Source of the DNA: Gemmatimonadales bacterium
GTDB taxonomy: Bacteria > Gemmatimonadota > Gemmatimonadetes > Gemmatimonadales > Gemmatimonadaceae
DNA: 37,014 nucleotides
Assembly: GCA_040002555.1 (NCBI GenBank)
Contig: JBDUEH010000001.1
Coordinates: 1-37,014 of the forward strand
Direction: 5' to 3'
Below, one piece after another: positions 18,305-28,203 of this stretch. The notes under the pieces are model-generated. The model saw nothing but the letters and a program-made list of their open reading frames with translations. It searched no databases and was not told where the DNA came from. Made by a program: the position numbers and the translations under genes. How positions within the stretch are numbered: the stretch's first letter is position 1; every line of letters begins with the position of its first letter.

Positions 18305-19534
18305 GTGCGTATCGCGATCGTAAACTCAACGAACAGGATTATCGGTGGAGCGGAGAGATATATCGACGAAAGCCTTCCTCTTCTGCTATCCTCTGGCCAT
18401 GAGACAGCTCTCTGCGTGTTGCAGAACCATCCACCGAGGCTGACCGACGCTGCTCAACATGATGCTGTTCGACTAATTGGCGATGACGTTGTGGCACTTC
18501 ATAGCCTCGCCGGAATTGGCGCGCTCGTGGAGTGGCATCCTGACGTGATATTCGTACACTGCCTGCTTCCGCAAAAACTCGAGGAGCGGCTCTTTTCCGT
18601 GGCGCCTTCGGTGTTGTTTGCCCACGATTACGTGCGCACCTGCATCAGTGGGTCGAAGACGCTGCATAGCCCAAACGCGCGTCCTTGCTCTCGCCAGCTG
18701 GGTCCAGGATGCCTGGCCCACTACTATCCTCACAGATGCGGCGGCTTGGACCCTGTGACCATGGCGCGGAACTATCGGCGGGGCCGTGACGCGCTTACGA
18801 GACTAACGCGATATCAAGCAGTGGTGACGTTTTCTGATCACATGAGGGCCGAATACGTCAGGAATACCAAAGGAGCAGCGAATGTTGTGCTGATTCCGCC
18901 TTTTGCGACCGTTCCGATGACGAACGATTCCGTCCGATACTTTGCGCATGCGCGCCTCGGGTTTCTGGGCCGGCTTGAGCAGGAAAAAGGAGTCGACCTC
19001 CTTATCGATACGCTGCCTCTTGCGGCGGATGGGCTCGGGCGCAGCATCACTCTCACAATCGCCGGGCGAGGCCGACAGAGGGCGTCTCTGGAATCCCAGT
19101 CGCGAAAGCTGATGCGCAGCCGCAAGGATATCACTGTCCAGTTCACTGATTGGGTGACCGGCGAAGCGCTTCGAGGGTTCTTCGACAACCTGGACCTGCT
19201 GGTCATACCGAGCACCTGGCCAGAGCCATTTGCGCTTGTGGGGCTGGAGGCGGCCGCGAGAGGTGTCCCGGCAGTCGCCTTTTCAGTCGGAGGCATTCCC
19301 GACTGGCTGAGCGACGGGTTCAACGGGCATCTTGCGCCGGGCGCTCGACCATCCGCCATCGGGCTCTCGGACGCGGTGGTCGCCGCGCTTGATGATCAAG
19401 TTCATCATCAGCGTCTGCGAAATGCCGCGGCCGAAGTGTGTTCACGGTACACGGCTCAACTCCACATTGCCCGGCTTAAGGATCTCCTGGGCAAAATTGT
19501 TGTTGCCAGAGATTCGAATGGGAGCGCTTCATGA
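18305..19534 (+). CDS. Glycosyltransferase family 4 with Cys-rich insert
   Basis: GTG 18305 after GAGG; MRIAIVN..GGAERY, HDY..TC, FLGRLEQEKG, PSTWPEPFALVGLEA. Confidence 0.9.
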   Translation: MRIAIVNSTNRIIGGAERYIDESLPLLLSSGHETALCVLQNHPPRLTDAAQHDAVRLIGDDVVALHSLAGIGALVEWHPDVIFVHCLLPQKLEERLFSVAPSVLFAHDYVRTCISGSKTLHSPNARPCSRQLGPGCLAHYYPHRCGGLDPVTMARNYRRGRDALTRLTRYQAVVTFSDHMRAEYVRNTKGAANVVLIPPFATVPMTNDSVRYFAHARLGFLGRLEQEKGVDLLIDTLPLAADGLGRSITLTIAGRGRQRASLESQSRKLMRSRKDITVQFTDWVTGEALRGFFDNLDLLVIPSTWPEPFALVGLEAAARGVPAVAFSVGGIPDWLSDGFNGHLAPGARPSAIGLSDAVVAALDDQVHHQRLRNAAAEVCSRYTAQLHIARLKDLLGKIVVARDSNGSAS

Positions 19535-19538
19535 GTTT

Positions 19539-20624
19539 TCACCTTCTGTAGGCTGCCAGACACTTGGACACGACACTCGGCCAATTGAATTTTTCAACGA
19601 CGCATCGTCGTGCAGCTTGCCCCATTTTGTCGGACTCGGAAGGATTGTCGCGCAAGAACTCGAGCCTTCCCCTCAGTGCTGCACTGTCATTAGGGGGAAC
19701 CACAAATCCGGTGCTTCCGTGATCGACAAGTTCCGGCATGCTGGCAACGTCGGTGCATATCGCCGGAGTGCCACATGCCATCCCCTCGAGCAACGTCTGC
19801 CCAAGCAGTTCAGGCACGGCGGTTTGGTGGCCATACATGTCGCGGTATACGCTTGGGAGGACGACGCACATCGCGCGCCGGTACGCGTGAATTATCTCCG
19901 CATCGTCGCAGTCATGACGGAACGTGACACGCTTGCCCTCCGCAAGTTGATGAAGGCTTGCCTGATATCGTTCATCATACGACCGGCCAATGAGTTCCAG
20001 GGCCAGGCCGTCGGGCAACGCAGCAATGAGGTCATCGACGCCCTTGTGAGGCAGGATCCTTCCGACGAAGACAACAACGGGCTCTTTAGGCGTCACCGCG
20101 CTGGGCGAGAACAGCTGCGCATCGACGCCGCCATAGATCACTTCGGAGCCCTTCATCCCTCCATGACCGGCGATTCTTTCGCTGTAAGCGCTAATGTGTA
20201 AATGGCCATCGAACCATGAATCCGTTCGCGCATATCCGGAGAAGCCCCAGCCGCCGCCGCCAAGATCAGTGGCAAATACTCTCCGGCCGGTAACCCGAGC
20301 CAAAATAGCTGAAAGCTCCGCGGCGAGAGTATGAGGCTGGTGACAATGCACTATGTCTGCGGACAAAACGGCGCGCGCTATTCCAGGGTGAATCCGATTG
20401 AATTGCTGACCGCGGACTTTCCATGCTGGCGCCAGGACTTTTACACTCAACCCTTCCGGCGTAGTGAATTGCCGAGGCTCATCTCCAAAGCTTACAAGTG
20501 TCGTCGGCGCAGACTTCGCCATATGACGGGCAAGCTCAAAAGTATATCGCTCAGCACCACCAAAAATACCGTTTTCGCCAAAGAGCGCAGGCACAATATG
20601 CACTATCTGCGGTTTCCGATTCAT
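19539..20624 (-). CDS. Glycosyltransferase family 4
   Basis: ATG 20624 in ATGA overlap with the upstream gene; GGAERY, FVGRILPHKG, ELLGQTLLEGMACG. Confidence 0.9.
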   Translation of the reverse strand: MNRKPQIVHIVPALFGENGIFGGAERYTFELARHMAKSAPTTLVSFGDEPRQFTTPEGLSVKVLAPAWKVRGQQFNRIHPGIARAVLSADIVHCHQPHTLAAELSAILARVTGRRVFATDLGGGGWGFSGYARTDSWFDGHLHISAYSERIAGHGGMKGSEVIYGGVDAQLFSPSAVTPKEPVVVFVGRILPHKGVDDLIAALPDGLALELIGRSYDERYQASLHQLAEGKRVTFRHDCDDAEIIHAYRRAMCVVLPSVYRDMYGHQTAVPELLGQTLLEGMACGTPAICTDVASMPELVDHGSTGFVVPPNDSAALRGRLEFLRDNPSESDKMGQAARRCVVEKFNWPSVVSKCLAAYRR

Positions 20625-21175
20625 TCCCCGGTTTTTATGACCTGCAGCTCGAAGGACAGGAACCATGCGGGGAAAATCCACGCCCATCTTCGCTCATATT
20701 CGGTCGGCCATCGCGCGGCCATCCGCCAAACGAGCTTGTTGAGGAGTGTCGGCGCGAAGATGATGCTCGCCTGAACGCGGCGAAAGCGCTTGCTCGAATA
20801 GAAAGCGAATTCATTATCGCCGGTAAAATAATTAAAACTCGCGACGGAGAAGTAGTGCCGGTGAGTGATGTCGGTAAAAGCGTTGGCACACGAGAAATGG
20901 GGTGTGGTAATGCGAATCGTAGCCCCGTTCACGCAGACTCGATGGATCTCCTCCATGGTTGCAACGAGGTCGTCGAGATGCTCGATGACATCGAACGCCC
21001 GGACTTCAGTGAAATGATCGTTCGGTAACGGCCAGGGAAGGATATCCAGGTCATGCACTATGTCCGGCTTGGTACTGGGGGTAATATCCAGATTGACGGC
21101 GTCAGTCATGTACTTCATGCCAGATCCAATGTGAAGTACACTTCTCGCGGCAAGCAATCCTGGCAGTTGAGTCAT
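20621..21175 (-). CDS. Class I SAM-dependent methyltransferase (Methyltransf_11-like)
   Basis: LHIGSG..VNLD..PDIVHDL..PWP, VIEHL, EEIHRV, TPHFS, DITH; ATG 21175 lies 10 nt after the wzx stop. Confidence 0.85.
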   Translation of the reverse strand: MTQLPGLLAARSVLHIGSGMKYMTDAVNLDITPSTKPDIVHDLDILPWPLPNDHFTEVRAFDVIEHLDDLVATMEEIHRVCVNGATIRITTPHFSCANAFTDITHRHYFSVASFNYFTGDNEFAFYSSKRFRRVQASIIFAPTLLNKLVWRMAARWPTEYERRWAWIFPAWFLSFELQVIKTGE

Positions 21176-21185
21176 CTTGTTAGCC

Positions 21186-22697
21186 TTAGAACGCCGGAGC
21201 CGCCCAACGGATAATGCGCTGTGGCAGGTATTGGGATAGCGGCGACGTAAGTACCGCAACCCTCATTGCCGCGGTGTACACAACCGTGACCCCTATTGCA
21301 GTGAGCGCAACGCCGAAAAGGCTCTCCGGAACCAACCACTGCTGAAGCAAAGCGCATCCCGCCGCAAGAGGGATAAGGCGCAAGGCCCAAGGCACTAGCG
21401 GGCGCCAATAGTCGCGAAAAGTGGATTCCGTGATCGATAGGAGTGCTGAATAGTTAGCCGGCAGGCTCACCAGTGTAACGCCGGCAATTAGCCCGATCGC
21501 CGCACCGGCGATTCCGACACGGGGTAACAGAAATGAAGCCACACCCATTGATACCAGGCCGTCGATCAAATTCACGATAGCGATTCGCCTCTCTGCACCG
21601 AATGCAAAGATCGTGTAAACAGCGCTGACATTCAGATGCCGAAGAAGCATACCTATCAGCATCAAACCGGTGATTGCGAACCCGCCGAAGTGTTGCCTAC
21701 CAACCCAAGTCCAGACAAATGCGCGATTTGTCGCCAGAACGACACATACGACGAGCCCGGTTACCAGGAGCATTCCCTGGGTTAGCGCGCAAGAAACTCT
21801 TGCGATTGCTGAAGGAGTCGAAAAGCCCCTCATCTCCGAAAGTCCTGGCACGGCGACTTGCATCAGTATCTGCGGCTGATTCGCAAGAACGGCGATGAGC
21901 TTCCCCGTAATGGCGTAGGTGACCACGGCCTCCGCCCCAAGAAGTTTGCCGATAAGAAGAACGTCCGTGCCGGCCAGTAACATCTGTGCAACCTGAGCAA
22001 CGCTTACCCAACCGCCCTGCGCCAGCAGTTTGCGTTGGGCGCGAAAGTCAAAAACAGGAAACCGTCGTGGCACGGTTTCCGGAAACCGAAGCAATAACCT
22101 GAATATCGAGCAAAAGGATATAGAGCATTGTGTCAATATCCATCCCGCTGCCAGTGATTTGAGAGCATACCCTCGATACACCAATAGCACCGTCGCAATC
22201 GTACCCAAACCCCATGCGAGCAATTGCAGAATACCGAGGAACCGATTGTCCTGCAGGCCAGCCAGGACTGCTTGAGGAATCCGAAGTGGAAACAGGAAAA
22301 CGTAAACGACGAGCAGCATCGTAATAGGAATTCGGATTGGTTCCCACGGCGAAGGTAAGAAGATAAGCAGTAGCGCTGCTGCCAAGCCTGCCAACAGCGT
22401 TTGTACCCCGACTATAGGCAGAATAGAGGCGATCCGATGGGAAATTTCAACAGCGCGGCTCGTTGCGTCACCGCTCCCTGCGGCACCCGCGACTGACCTC
22501 GGTAGAATCGCGACAATCCCAAAATCGAGGAGTCCGAGATAAACAAGAACCTGGGCGACCACCACCCATAAACCGTACTGGCTCGTTCCCAGCGTGCGAA
22601 GAAGGAACGGCGTAAGCCACAGTCCCGCAGCCATAAGGACCATCTGGTTTACGTAACCGAACCCGACGCCATAGGCAAATTTCCTGGTGCGGCTCAC
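21186..22697 (-). CDS. wzx: Wzx polysaccharide flippase (MOP family)
   Basis: Polytopic membrane protein; TPFLLRTLG..QYGLW, LLDFG, TDVLLIGKLLGAEAV..Y. Confidence 0.9.
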   Translation of the reverse strand: MSRTRKFAYGVGFGYVNQMVLMAAGLWLTPFLLRTLGTSQYGLWVVVAQVLVYLGLLDFGIVAILPRSVAGAAGSGDATSRAVEISHRIASILPIVGVQTLLAGLAAALLLIFLPSPWEPIRIPITMLLVVYVFLFPLRIPQAVLAGLQDNRFLGILQLLAWGLGTIATVLLVYRGYALKSLAAGWILTQCSISFCSIFRLLLRFPETVPRRFPVFDFRAQRKLLAQGGWVSVAQVAQMLLAGTDVLLIGKLLGAEAVVTYAITGKLIAVLANQPQILMQVAVPGLSEMRGFSTPSAIARVSCALTQGMLLVTGLVVCVVLATNRAFVWTWVGRQHFGGFAITGLMLIGMLLRHLNVSAVYTIFAFGAERRIAIVNLIDGLVSMGVASFLLPRVGIAGAAIGLIAGVTLVSLPANYSALLSITESTFRDYWRPLVPWALRLIPLAAGCALLQQWLVPESLFGVALTAIGVTVVYTAAMRVAVLTSPLSQYLPQRIIRWAAPAF

Positions 22698-22967
22698 CCT
22701 GCGCCTTCGGGATCAATCCGGAACTGTTCTCCGTTGGTGGTCCAGGGAATGCCGTTCCCCCCGCTGGCAATCGAGAGGAAAAACTTGTATGGACGACGCA
22801 TCGCTCGAACGAAAATGGAATACCGCCCCAACCGGACCGGATATTTGTCTATTATCATGGCTCATCCAATAATATGAACTTTCTTGCAACCGTGTCGTGC
22901 GTCGGCTCTTCCGTCCAACCCCCTCAGAATCTGAGTTGGGTCAAGTCACGCGTGAGAACTTGTCCGC

Positions 22968-24140
22968 GTGCCAACAGGCATCGGAAGGTTGAGTGACGCC
23001 ACGAGGATCCGAATCTGTCTGGTCAGTGACATGCTTGCCGAAGGCTGGCCGAGCATGGACCTCTTCTCGGAAATGCTCACGAGAGAGCTTCCGAAGGCAG
23101 ACTCGTCCATTGATGTCGACAGTATCCGCCTTCCGCTAAAAAAGCGTCTCGGCAGGCTAAGTGGAAACGCCAAAGGTTCAGCAACTGATCGGCTGCTTGC
23201 CCGGCATCTTGATTACCCCCGAGCGGTCCGACGCAAAACACCATCCGCCGACGTATATCATGTCCTCGACCATACCTATGCGGCGTCAATCAATTCACTG
23301 GGAGACCGCACAACAGTCGTCACCTGCCATGATCTCGACGCGTTCGAAGTGCTCTACTCGCAGACCACGTTCGCCGAGCACATACTCGCCTACTTCGCGC
23401 GCATCACGCTGCGCGGTCTCAAGAGTGCTACACATGTCGTGTGTGATTCCGCGACCATCCAACGCGAGATCGTATCCCGCGGTTGGGTTGAATCGGCAAG
23501 CACAAGTCTCATACCAGCCGGGATTCATCCCACCTGCACCGTTGTGCCTGGCGACGCAGCGGATCGGACTGCGGAATCACTTCTTGGCCCTGCAACGGGC
23601 CCGGAAATACTTCACGTCTCGAGCACTATACCACGAAAGCGGATCGACACTCTTGTTGGATCCTTCGCATCAGTGCTCGGCGATCGCCCCGACGCACGCC
23701 TCATCAGAGTTGGTGGCCCGTTCACCAAATCCCAGGCGAGAATGGTATCGGAACTTGGACTTGAAAACTCAATCACCGTCTTGCCGTTCCTCGACCGGGC
23801 GACCCTCGCAGCCGTGTATCGCCGCGCCACGCTCGTCGTCCTCCCGTCCGAACGCGAAGGTTTTGGGCTACCGGTGATTGAAGCCATCGCCTGCGGCACG
23901 CCAGCACTCGTGAGCGACATCGAAGTGCTACACGAAGTCGGCGCCAGCGCTGTTTCATATGCGCCCGTCGGTGATGACGACGGATGGGCAACGGCAATTC
24001 TGGATATGCTCGACGAACACGACAAACATCCTCAACGTTGGTCGGAGCGAATTGCAGCCGGTATTGTACATTCGCGGCAGTATTCATGGCGTCAACACGC
24101 CCGCCAGCTCGTTCAGCTTTACCATACTCTCGCGCACTAG
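22968..24140 (+). CDS. Glycosyltransferase family 4
   Basis: EGWPSMD, VTCHDL, RKRI, PSEREGFGLPVIEAIACG; an alternative TTG start lies at 22989. Confidence 0.9.
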   Translation: MPTGIGRLSDATRIRICLVSDMLAEGWPSMDLFSEMLTRELPKADSSIDVDSIRLPLKKRLGRLSGNAKGSATDRLLARHLDYPRAVRRKTPSADVYHVLDHTYAASINSLGDRTTVVTCHDLDAFEVLYSQTTFAEHILAYFARITLRGLKSATHVVCDSATIQREIVSRGWVESASTSLIPAGIHPTCTVVPGDAADRTAESLLGPATGPEILHVSSTIPRKRIDTLVGSFASVLGDRPDARLIRVGGPFTKSQARMVSELGLENSITVLPFLDRATLAAVYRRATLVVLPSEREGFGLPVIEAIACGTPALVSDIEVLHEVGASAVSYAPVGDDDGWATAILDMLDEHDKHPQRWSERIAAGIVHSRQYSWRQHARQLVQLYHTLAH

Positions 24141-24161
24141 CCCGCGTCCCGCCGTCGAACC

Positions 24162-25376
24162 GTGCGAATTGCATTCCTTAATCCCTCAGGAACAGTCGGA
24201 GGTGCCGAACGTTGTCTTCTGGATCTGCTCCGCGGCATCCGGGAGTCGGAGCCGGATTGGGAGCTCCATGTCATCGTCTCCAGTCATGGCGAGTTGGCCG
24301 AGGAGCTTGCGAAGCTGGAAATTCCGTGTGACGTCGTTCCGTTCCCGTCCGCTCTATCCCAGCTTGGAGACGCCAGCTTGAGGGGTTGGAGCAGACGGAT
24401 GCGTGTCACCGTGCGAGCGGCCGTCGCCATTCCATCAATCCTTCGCTACGCGTCCCGGCTCCGGCAACTTCTGGTCAGGTATCAGCCAGACGTGGTTCAC
24501 ACCAATGGACTGAAGATGCACGCAATCGGCGCATTGGCGAAACCGGCGGGTGCAGTTCTCGTCTGGCATATGCACGACTTCATTTCGTCCCGGCCGGTCA
24601 TGGCTCGCGTTCTTCGCTTTCTGTCCCCACGCTGTGCACTATGTGTCGCGAATTCAAGAAGTGTCGGCGACGATTCAAGAGCCACCTTTGGGAGCAGGCT
24701 TCCGATCCGGACAATAATGAACGGTGTTGATCTTCTCTCGTTCCGGCCCGACGGAGCGAAGCTGGACCTGGACGGGATGTTCGGGGTCGTTCGCTCGGGT
24801 TCGGCGCCGGTGAGGATCGGGCTCGTAGCAACGATGGCGCCGTGGAAAGGTCACTCCGTTTTTCTTCGCGCCATAGCTCTTATCGATCGATCGATACCAA
24901 TTGCGGCATACATAATCGGCGGGCCCATCTATGCAACCGGGACTGAGCAGGAGAAGCTCGAGAGACTGAAGGGGATGGCGGCATCATTGGGTATTTTGGA
25001 TCGAGTATTTTTTACGGGCCATATCCAGGATGTCCCTTCCGCTATGCGCGCGCTCGACGTTATTGTTCACGCCAGCACCTTGCCGGAGCCCTTCGGCCTC
25101 GTCATCATCGAGGCGATGGCCACCGGACGCCCAGTAATAGTGAGCCCGCTTGGTGGCGCCGCCGAAATTGTCGCGGAGGGATCCTTTGCTCTTCGCGCTG
25201 AGCCGGGAGACCCCACGAGCTTGGCTCATCAGATGACTCTGCTCGCGCTGGATGGCAAACTCCGTCAGGCGATGGGCGAGGCTGGGAGAAGCGAGGCTGA
25301 GCGAAAATTCGCTTCACTCAGACTTTCGAAAGAATTCATTCAGGCATATGCGACCATCCGTCCTACGCGCAGTTGA
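24162..25376 (+). CDS. Glycosyltransferase family 4
   Basis: MRIAFLN..GGAERCL, WHMHD, WKGH, EPFGLVIIEAMATG. Confidence 0.92.
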   Translation: MRIAFLNPSGTVGGAERCLLDLLRGIRESEPDWELHVIVSSHGELAEELAKLEIPCDVVPFPSALSQLGDASLRGWSRRMRVTVRAAVAIPSILRYASRLRQLLVRYQPDVVHTNGLKMHAIGALAKPAGAVLVWHMHDFISSRPVMARVLRFLSPRCALCVANSRSVGDDSRATFGSRLPIRTIMNGVDLLSFRPDGAKLDLDGMFGVVRSGSAPVRIGLVATMAPWKGHSVFLRAIALIDRSIPIAAYIIGGPIYATGTEQEKLERLKGMAASLGILDRVFFTGHIQDVPSAMRALDVIVHASTLPEPFGLVIIEAMATGRPVIVSPLGGAAEIVAEGSFALRAEPGDPTSLAHQMTLLALDGKLRQAMGEAGRSEAERKFASLRLSKEFIQAYATIRPTRS

Positions 25377-25558
25377 GAGTACTTCATGTTACCGCTGGCA
25401 ATATCCAGGGCGGGGTTGAGAGATCTCTCGAGACTATTTCGCTGGACAGAGGCTTGCCCCCGCATGAAATCGGAAATTGCCATCGAAACCTTGATGAGAA
25501 ATCCGGCATCGGCCGACGCGATCCGATCGCGCGGAAAGGCGAAGGCTTAAACACGTGA
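25373..25558 (+). pseudogene. Collapsed GT4 gene (N-terminus only)
   Basis: MRVLHVTAGNIQGGVERSL is a GT4 N-terminus but the ORF is only 61 aa; it overlaps both neighbours by 4 nt. Confidence 0.75.
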
Positions 25559-26907
25559 CAGCGATTACAATCTGTCTGCTGGCTTTTGCGTTCACTTTCT
25601 GGGCAAGAACACAGTCGCGAAGCGCCGGGCTCTTGAGCGTGTTGGCGTTTGGCTATTCATACGGAATTCTCCGTGCAAATCTCACCACGGCAGGGTACTT
25701 CATCTTTGACTCGGCAGCCGCTGGATTGTACCTGGCCGAGCTTAGAACGCACCTGTCCCCCGCTCAAAGACTCAGAGAGAATCGGTTGCGCGACTGGGTA
25801 GTCGCGCTGGCACTTGTTCCCTCCCTTTTGCTTTTGCTTCCAAGGCAGGATGTTCTAGTACAGCTCGTCGGATTTCGCAGTGCCATTCTTTTTCTTCCAT
25901 TCATCCTTCTGGGAGCGCGGCTCGAGCGGGACGACTTCAGGAAGCTGGCGATTGGAGTAGCCATCCTGAACCTGGTTGCTTTTTCGTTTGCGGGATATGA
26001 ATTCGTCAACGGGATCAACTCCTTATATCCGGTGACAAGTGTCACATCTATCATCTACAGATCCACTTTGCAAGACGCCTCGTTTTATCGGATACCCGCC
26101 ACGTTCTCGAGCTCTGCTTCATATGGGGGTACCATGGTTGTCACGATTCCGCTGCTCGGTATGGCAATCTCGGGCAAACATGTCAAAGGCCTATGGTACG
26201 CCGTATGTTTCGCCGGGCTCGCGATCGGCACTGTCGGAGTCTTCGTGTCTGCGTCACGTAGCACTGCCGTTTTGGCCATTGTTGCCCTGGTCGCCATACT
26301 GATTCAGAATCGCCGCACTCCGCGCGTCGCGATGGCACTCGCGGGCGGAGCCATTATCGTCGCCACTCTCGTGGCCAGCCAAACACGTTTACAACGCTTT
26401 CTTAGCCTCGGAGACACCGAATATGTTGCGCAGCGCCTTATCGGAAGCGCCAACGCTGGCATAGTGGACATAGTCATGCGGTACCCGTTCGGAAACGGAC
26501 TCGGGGCCGGTGGCACGAGCCTTCCATATTTTATCGAGAAGCGGGTGGAGGGAGCGATCTGGCTCGAGAATGAGTACGCCCGCCTGGCACTCGAGCAAGG
26601 CGCTATTGGCCTCTTTTTATGGATCGGCTTTATCGCCTGGGTACTTGTTCCCTCGCACGGCGACTCGCGCACGCAGGGAAAACTGGCGATACGAATTCTG
26701 ACGGCCGCAATATTCGCGACTGGAATGGTGGGAACCGGGCTCCTTGCCGCTATCCCGGGTACCTGCTTCCTCTTCCTTATGATAGGGGTGTTGTTCAACG
26801 ACTTGTCGCCTTCAAGAGCGCCTGGGCGTATTCAGCGGCCTCGCGGTCGAATGGTTCGAAAGCCGGTAGCTCCCGCGCTTACCGCAACGGCACGCCTGCC
26901 TGGATGA
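25555..26907 (+). CDS. wzy: Wzy-like polysaccharide polymerase / O-antigen ligase family membrane protein
   Basis: Polytopic; R..ATF, SASRS, PFGNGLG, ENEY..LALEQGAIGL (Wzy_C-like). Confidence 0.78.
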   Translation: MTAITICLLAFAFTFWARTQSRSAGLLSVLAFGYSYGILRANLTTAGYFIFDSAAAGLYLAELRTHLSPAQRLRENRLRDWVVALALVPSLLLLLPRQDVLVQLVGFRSAILFLPFILLGARLERDDFRKLAIGVAILNLVAFSFAGYEFVNGINSLYPVTSVTSIIYRSTLQDASFYRIPATFSSSASYGGTMVVTIPLLGMAISGKHVKGLWYAVCFAGLAIGTVGVFVSASRSTAVLAIVALVAILIQNRRTPRVAMALAGGAIIVATLVASQTRLQRFLSLGDTEYVAQRLIGSANAGIVDIVMRYPFGNGLGAGGTSLPYFIEKRVEGAIWLENEYARLALEQGAIGLFLWIGFIAWVLVPSHGDSRTQGKLAIRILTAAIFATGMVGTGLLAAIPGTCFLFLMIGVLFNDLSPSRAPGRIQRPRGRMVRKPVAPALTATARLPG

Positions 26908-28070
26908 CTAGTCCCGGAGGCCTCAGTCGGCCTTCGATGCAATGGGCAATACTTACCCCGGAGTTTCCGCCTGCGTCTGGTGGAGTCAGCGACTACTCCT
27001 CCCTCGTCGCAAAGAGCCTCCTGGCTGCGGGTGATACTGTAAGCGTATGGTTTCCGGGTTCAACGAAACAGGAGCAACGTCAGGGTACCCCGTGGCTCAT
27101 CCCGTTGCAAAAAGGTTTCAGGCTGTCCGGCCTTAACCTTTTGTTGAGGGATCTCGACGCGTTGCCGCCCGATGCGAGGGTGCTTCTTCAGTATGCGCCT
27201 CACGCGTTTGGTTACAAGGGCATGAACATTCCGATCGTCAGAGCTCTTTCCAGATTCAACCGCAACCCATTGGACGTGATGTTCCACGAGGTGGCATACC
27301 CCCGCCTCCGCGGTGACACCGTTCGGCATCAAGCGCTTTCCATAGTGCAATTCAGCATGGCACGACAGATAGCAGCAAGAGCTGACCGGATTTTTGTCTC
27401 CACTGAGGCTTGGCGACCAGTGCTGGCGCCTTGGGCGCGGGATCCAGCATCCATTGTCTGGCTCCCGGTTCCGAGTAACTTGCCGAAACGCGTCCGGCCG
27501 GAAGATACGGCCGCGGCCAGGCTGAGCCTTGGAGTAAGCAATGGCACTATCCTCGGGCACTTCAGCACTTACGCGCCAGGCATAACGGCGTTCCTGTCGG
27601 CCTCAGTTCCTTCGCTTCTTCACGCTGACGCAAGCCGCGCGTGCGTGCTGATGGGCAGAGGCGCACGGAATTTTCGGAATGCGATGTCACTGGCGAACCC
27701 GGCGATAAGCTCGCAACTGTTCTCGTTCGAAGGTTCGCCAGCACTCGAGCTCGCTGGCTTTATCTCGGCGTGTGACGTGATGCTCCAGCCCTATCCCGAC
27801 GGGGTTACTGGTCGGCGAACCACCGTAATGGCCGCAATAGCGCTAGGCGTCCCCACCGTTACAACGAATGGCGTGCTTACCGAGGATATCTGGAAAGAAA
27901 GTGGAGGCGTCGCGCTAAGCCCGGCCCACATGACTACCGCGTTTGCGCCTACGGTCGAAGAGCTCGTTCGCAATGCTGTGATCCGTGCTCGACTCGGGCG
28001 GGCCGGGAAGAGATTGTATGAGGCGGCGTTTGACGTCTCGCACACTGCTAGGCTTCTGCGTCAAATTTGA
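26904..28070 (+). CDS. Glycosyltransferase family 4
   Basis: ATG 26904 in ATGA overlap with wzy; EFPP..GGVSDYS, MFHE, QPYPDGVTGRRTT..AA..LG. Confidence 0.85.
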   Translation: MTSPGGLSRPSMQWAILTPEFPPASGGVSDYSSLVAKSLLAAGDTVSVWFPGSTKQEQRQGTPWLIPLQKGFRLSGLNLLLRDLDALPPDARVLLQYAPHAFGYKGMNIPIVRALSRFNRNPLDVMFHEVAYPRLRGDTVRHQALSIVQFSMARQIAARADRIFVSTEAWRPVLAPWARDPASIVWLPVPSNLPKRVRPEDTAAARLSLGVSNGTILGHFSTYAPGITAFLSASVPSLLHADASRACVLMGRGARNFRNAMSLANPAISSQLFSFEGSPALELAGFISACDVMLQPYPDGVTGRRTTVMAAIALGVPTVTTNGVLTEDIWKESGGVALSPAHMTTAFAPTVEELVRNAVIRARLGRAGKRLYEAAFDVSHTARLLRQI

Positions 28071-28090
28071 GTATTAGCTCCAAAATGTTG

Positions 28091-28136
28091 TGGCATAACG
28101 TATGCCTACTCCGAAGGTATCATTACCTTGTATAAT
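28091..28136 (+). promoter_or_regulatory. Candidate promoter/operator: sigma54-like TGGCA-N7-TGC, two palindromes and TATAAT
   Basis: TGGCATAACGTATGC has GG-N10-GC spacing; GGCATA-N3-TATGCC at 28092-28106; AAGGTA-N4-TACCTT at 28114-28129; TATAAT at 28131-28136, all in an AT-rich gap. Confidence 0.45.
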
Positions 28137-28203
28137 GCTAGCGACACTTCAGCATGACGATGTTTTGAATTCTTCGATCTGACTCCCCAGGCAACTGACG
28201 AAA

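Noticed and set aside
22698-22967. Divergent intergenic region checked for a JUMPstart/ops element
   Set aside because: No convincing ops motif or consensus promoter seen by eye, although promoters are likely here.
26619-26903. Long N-terminal extensions of the GT4 (26619) and of wzc (30181)
   Set aside because: They overlap upstream genes extensively; later ATG starts fit the family N-termini.
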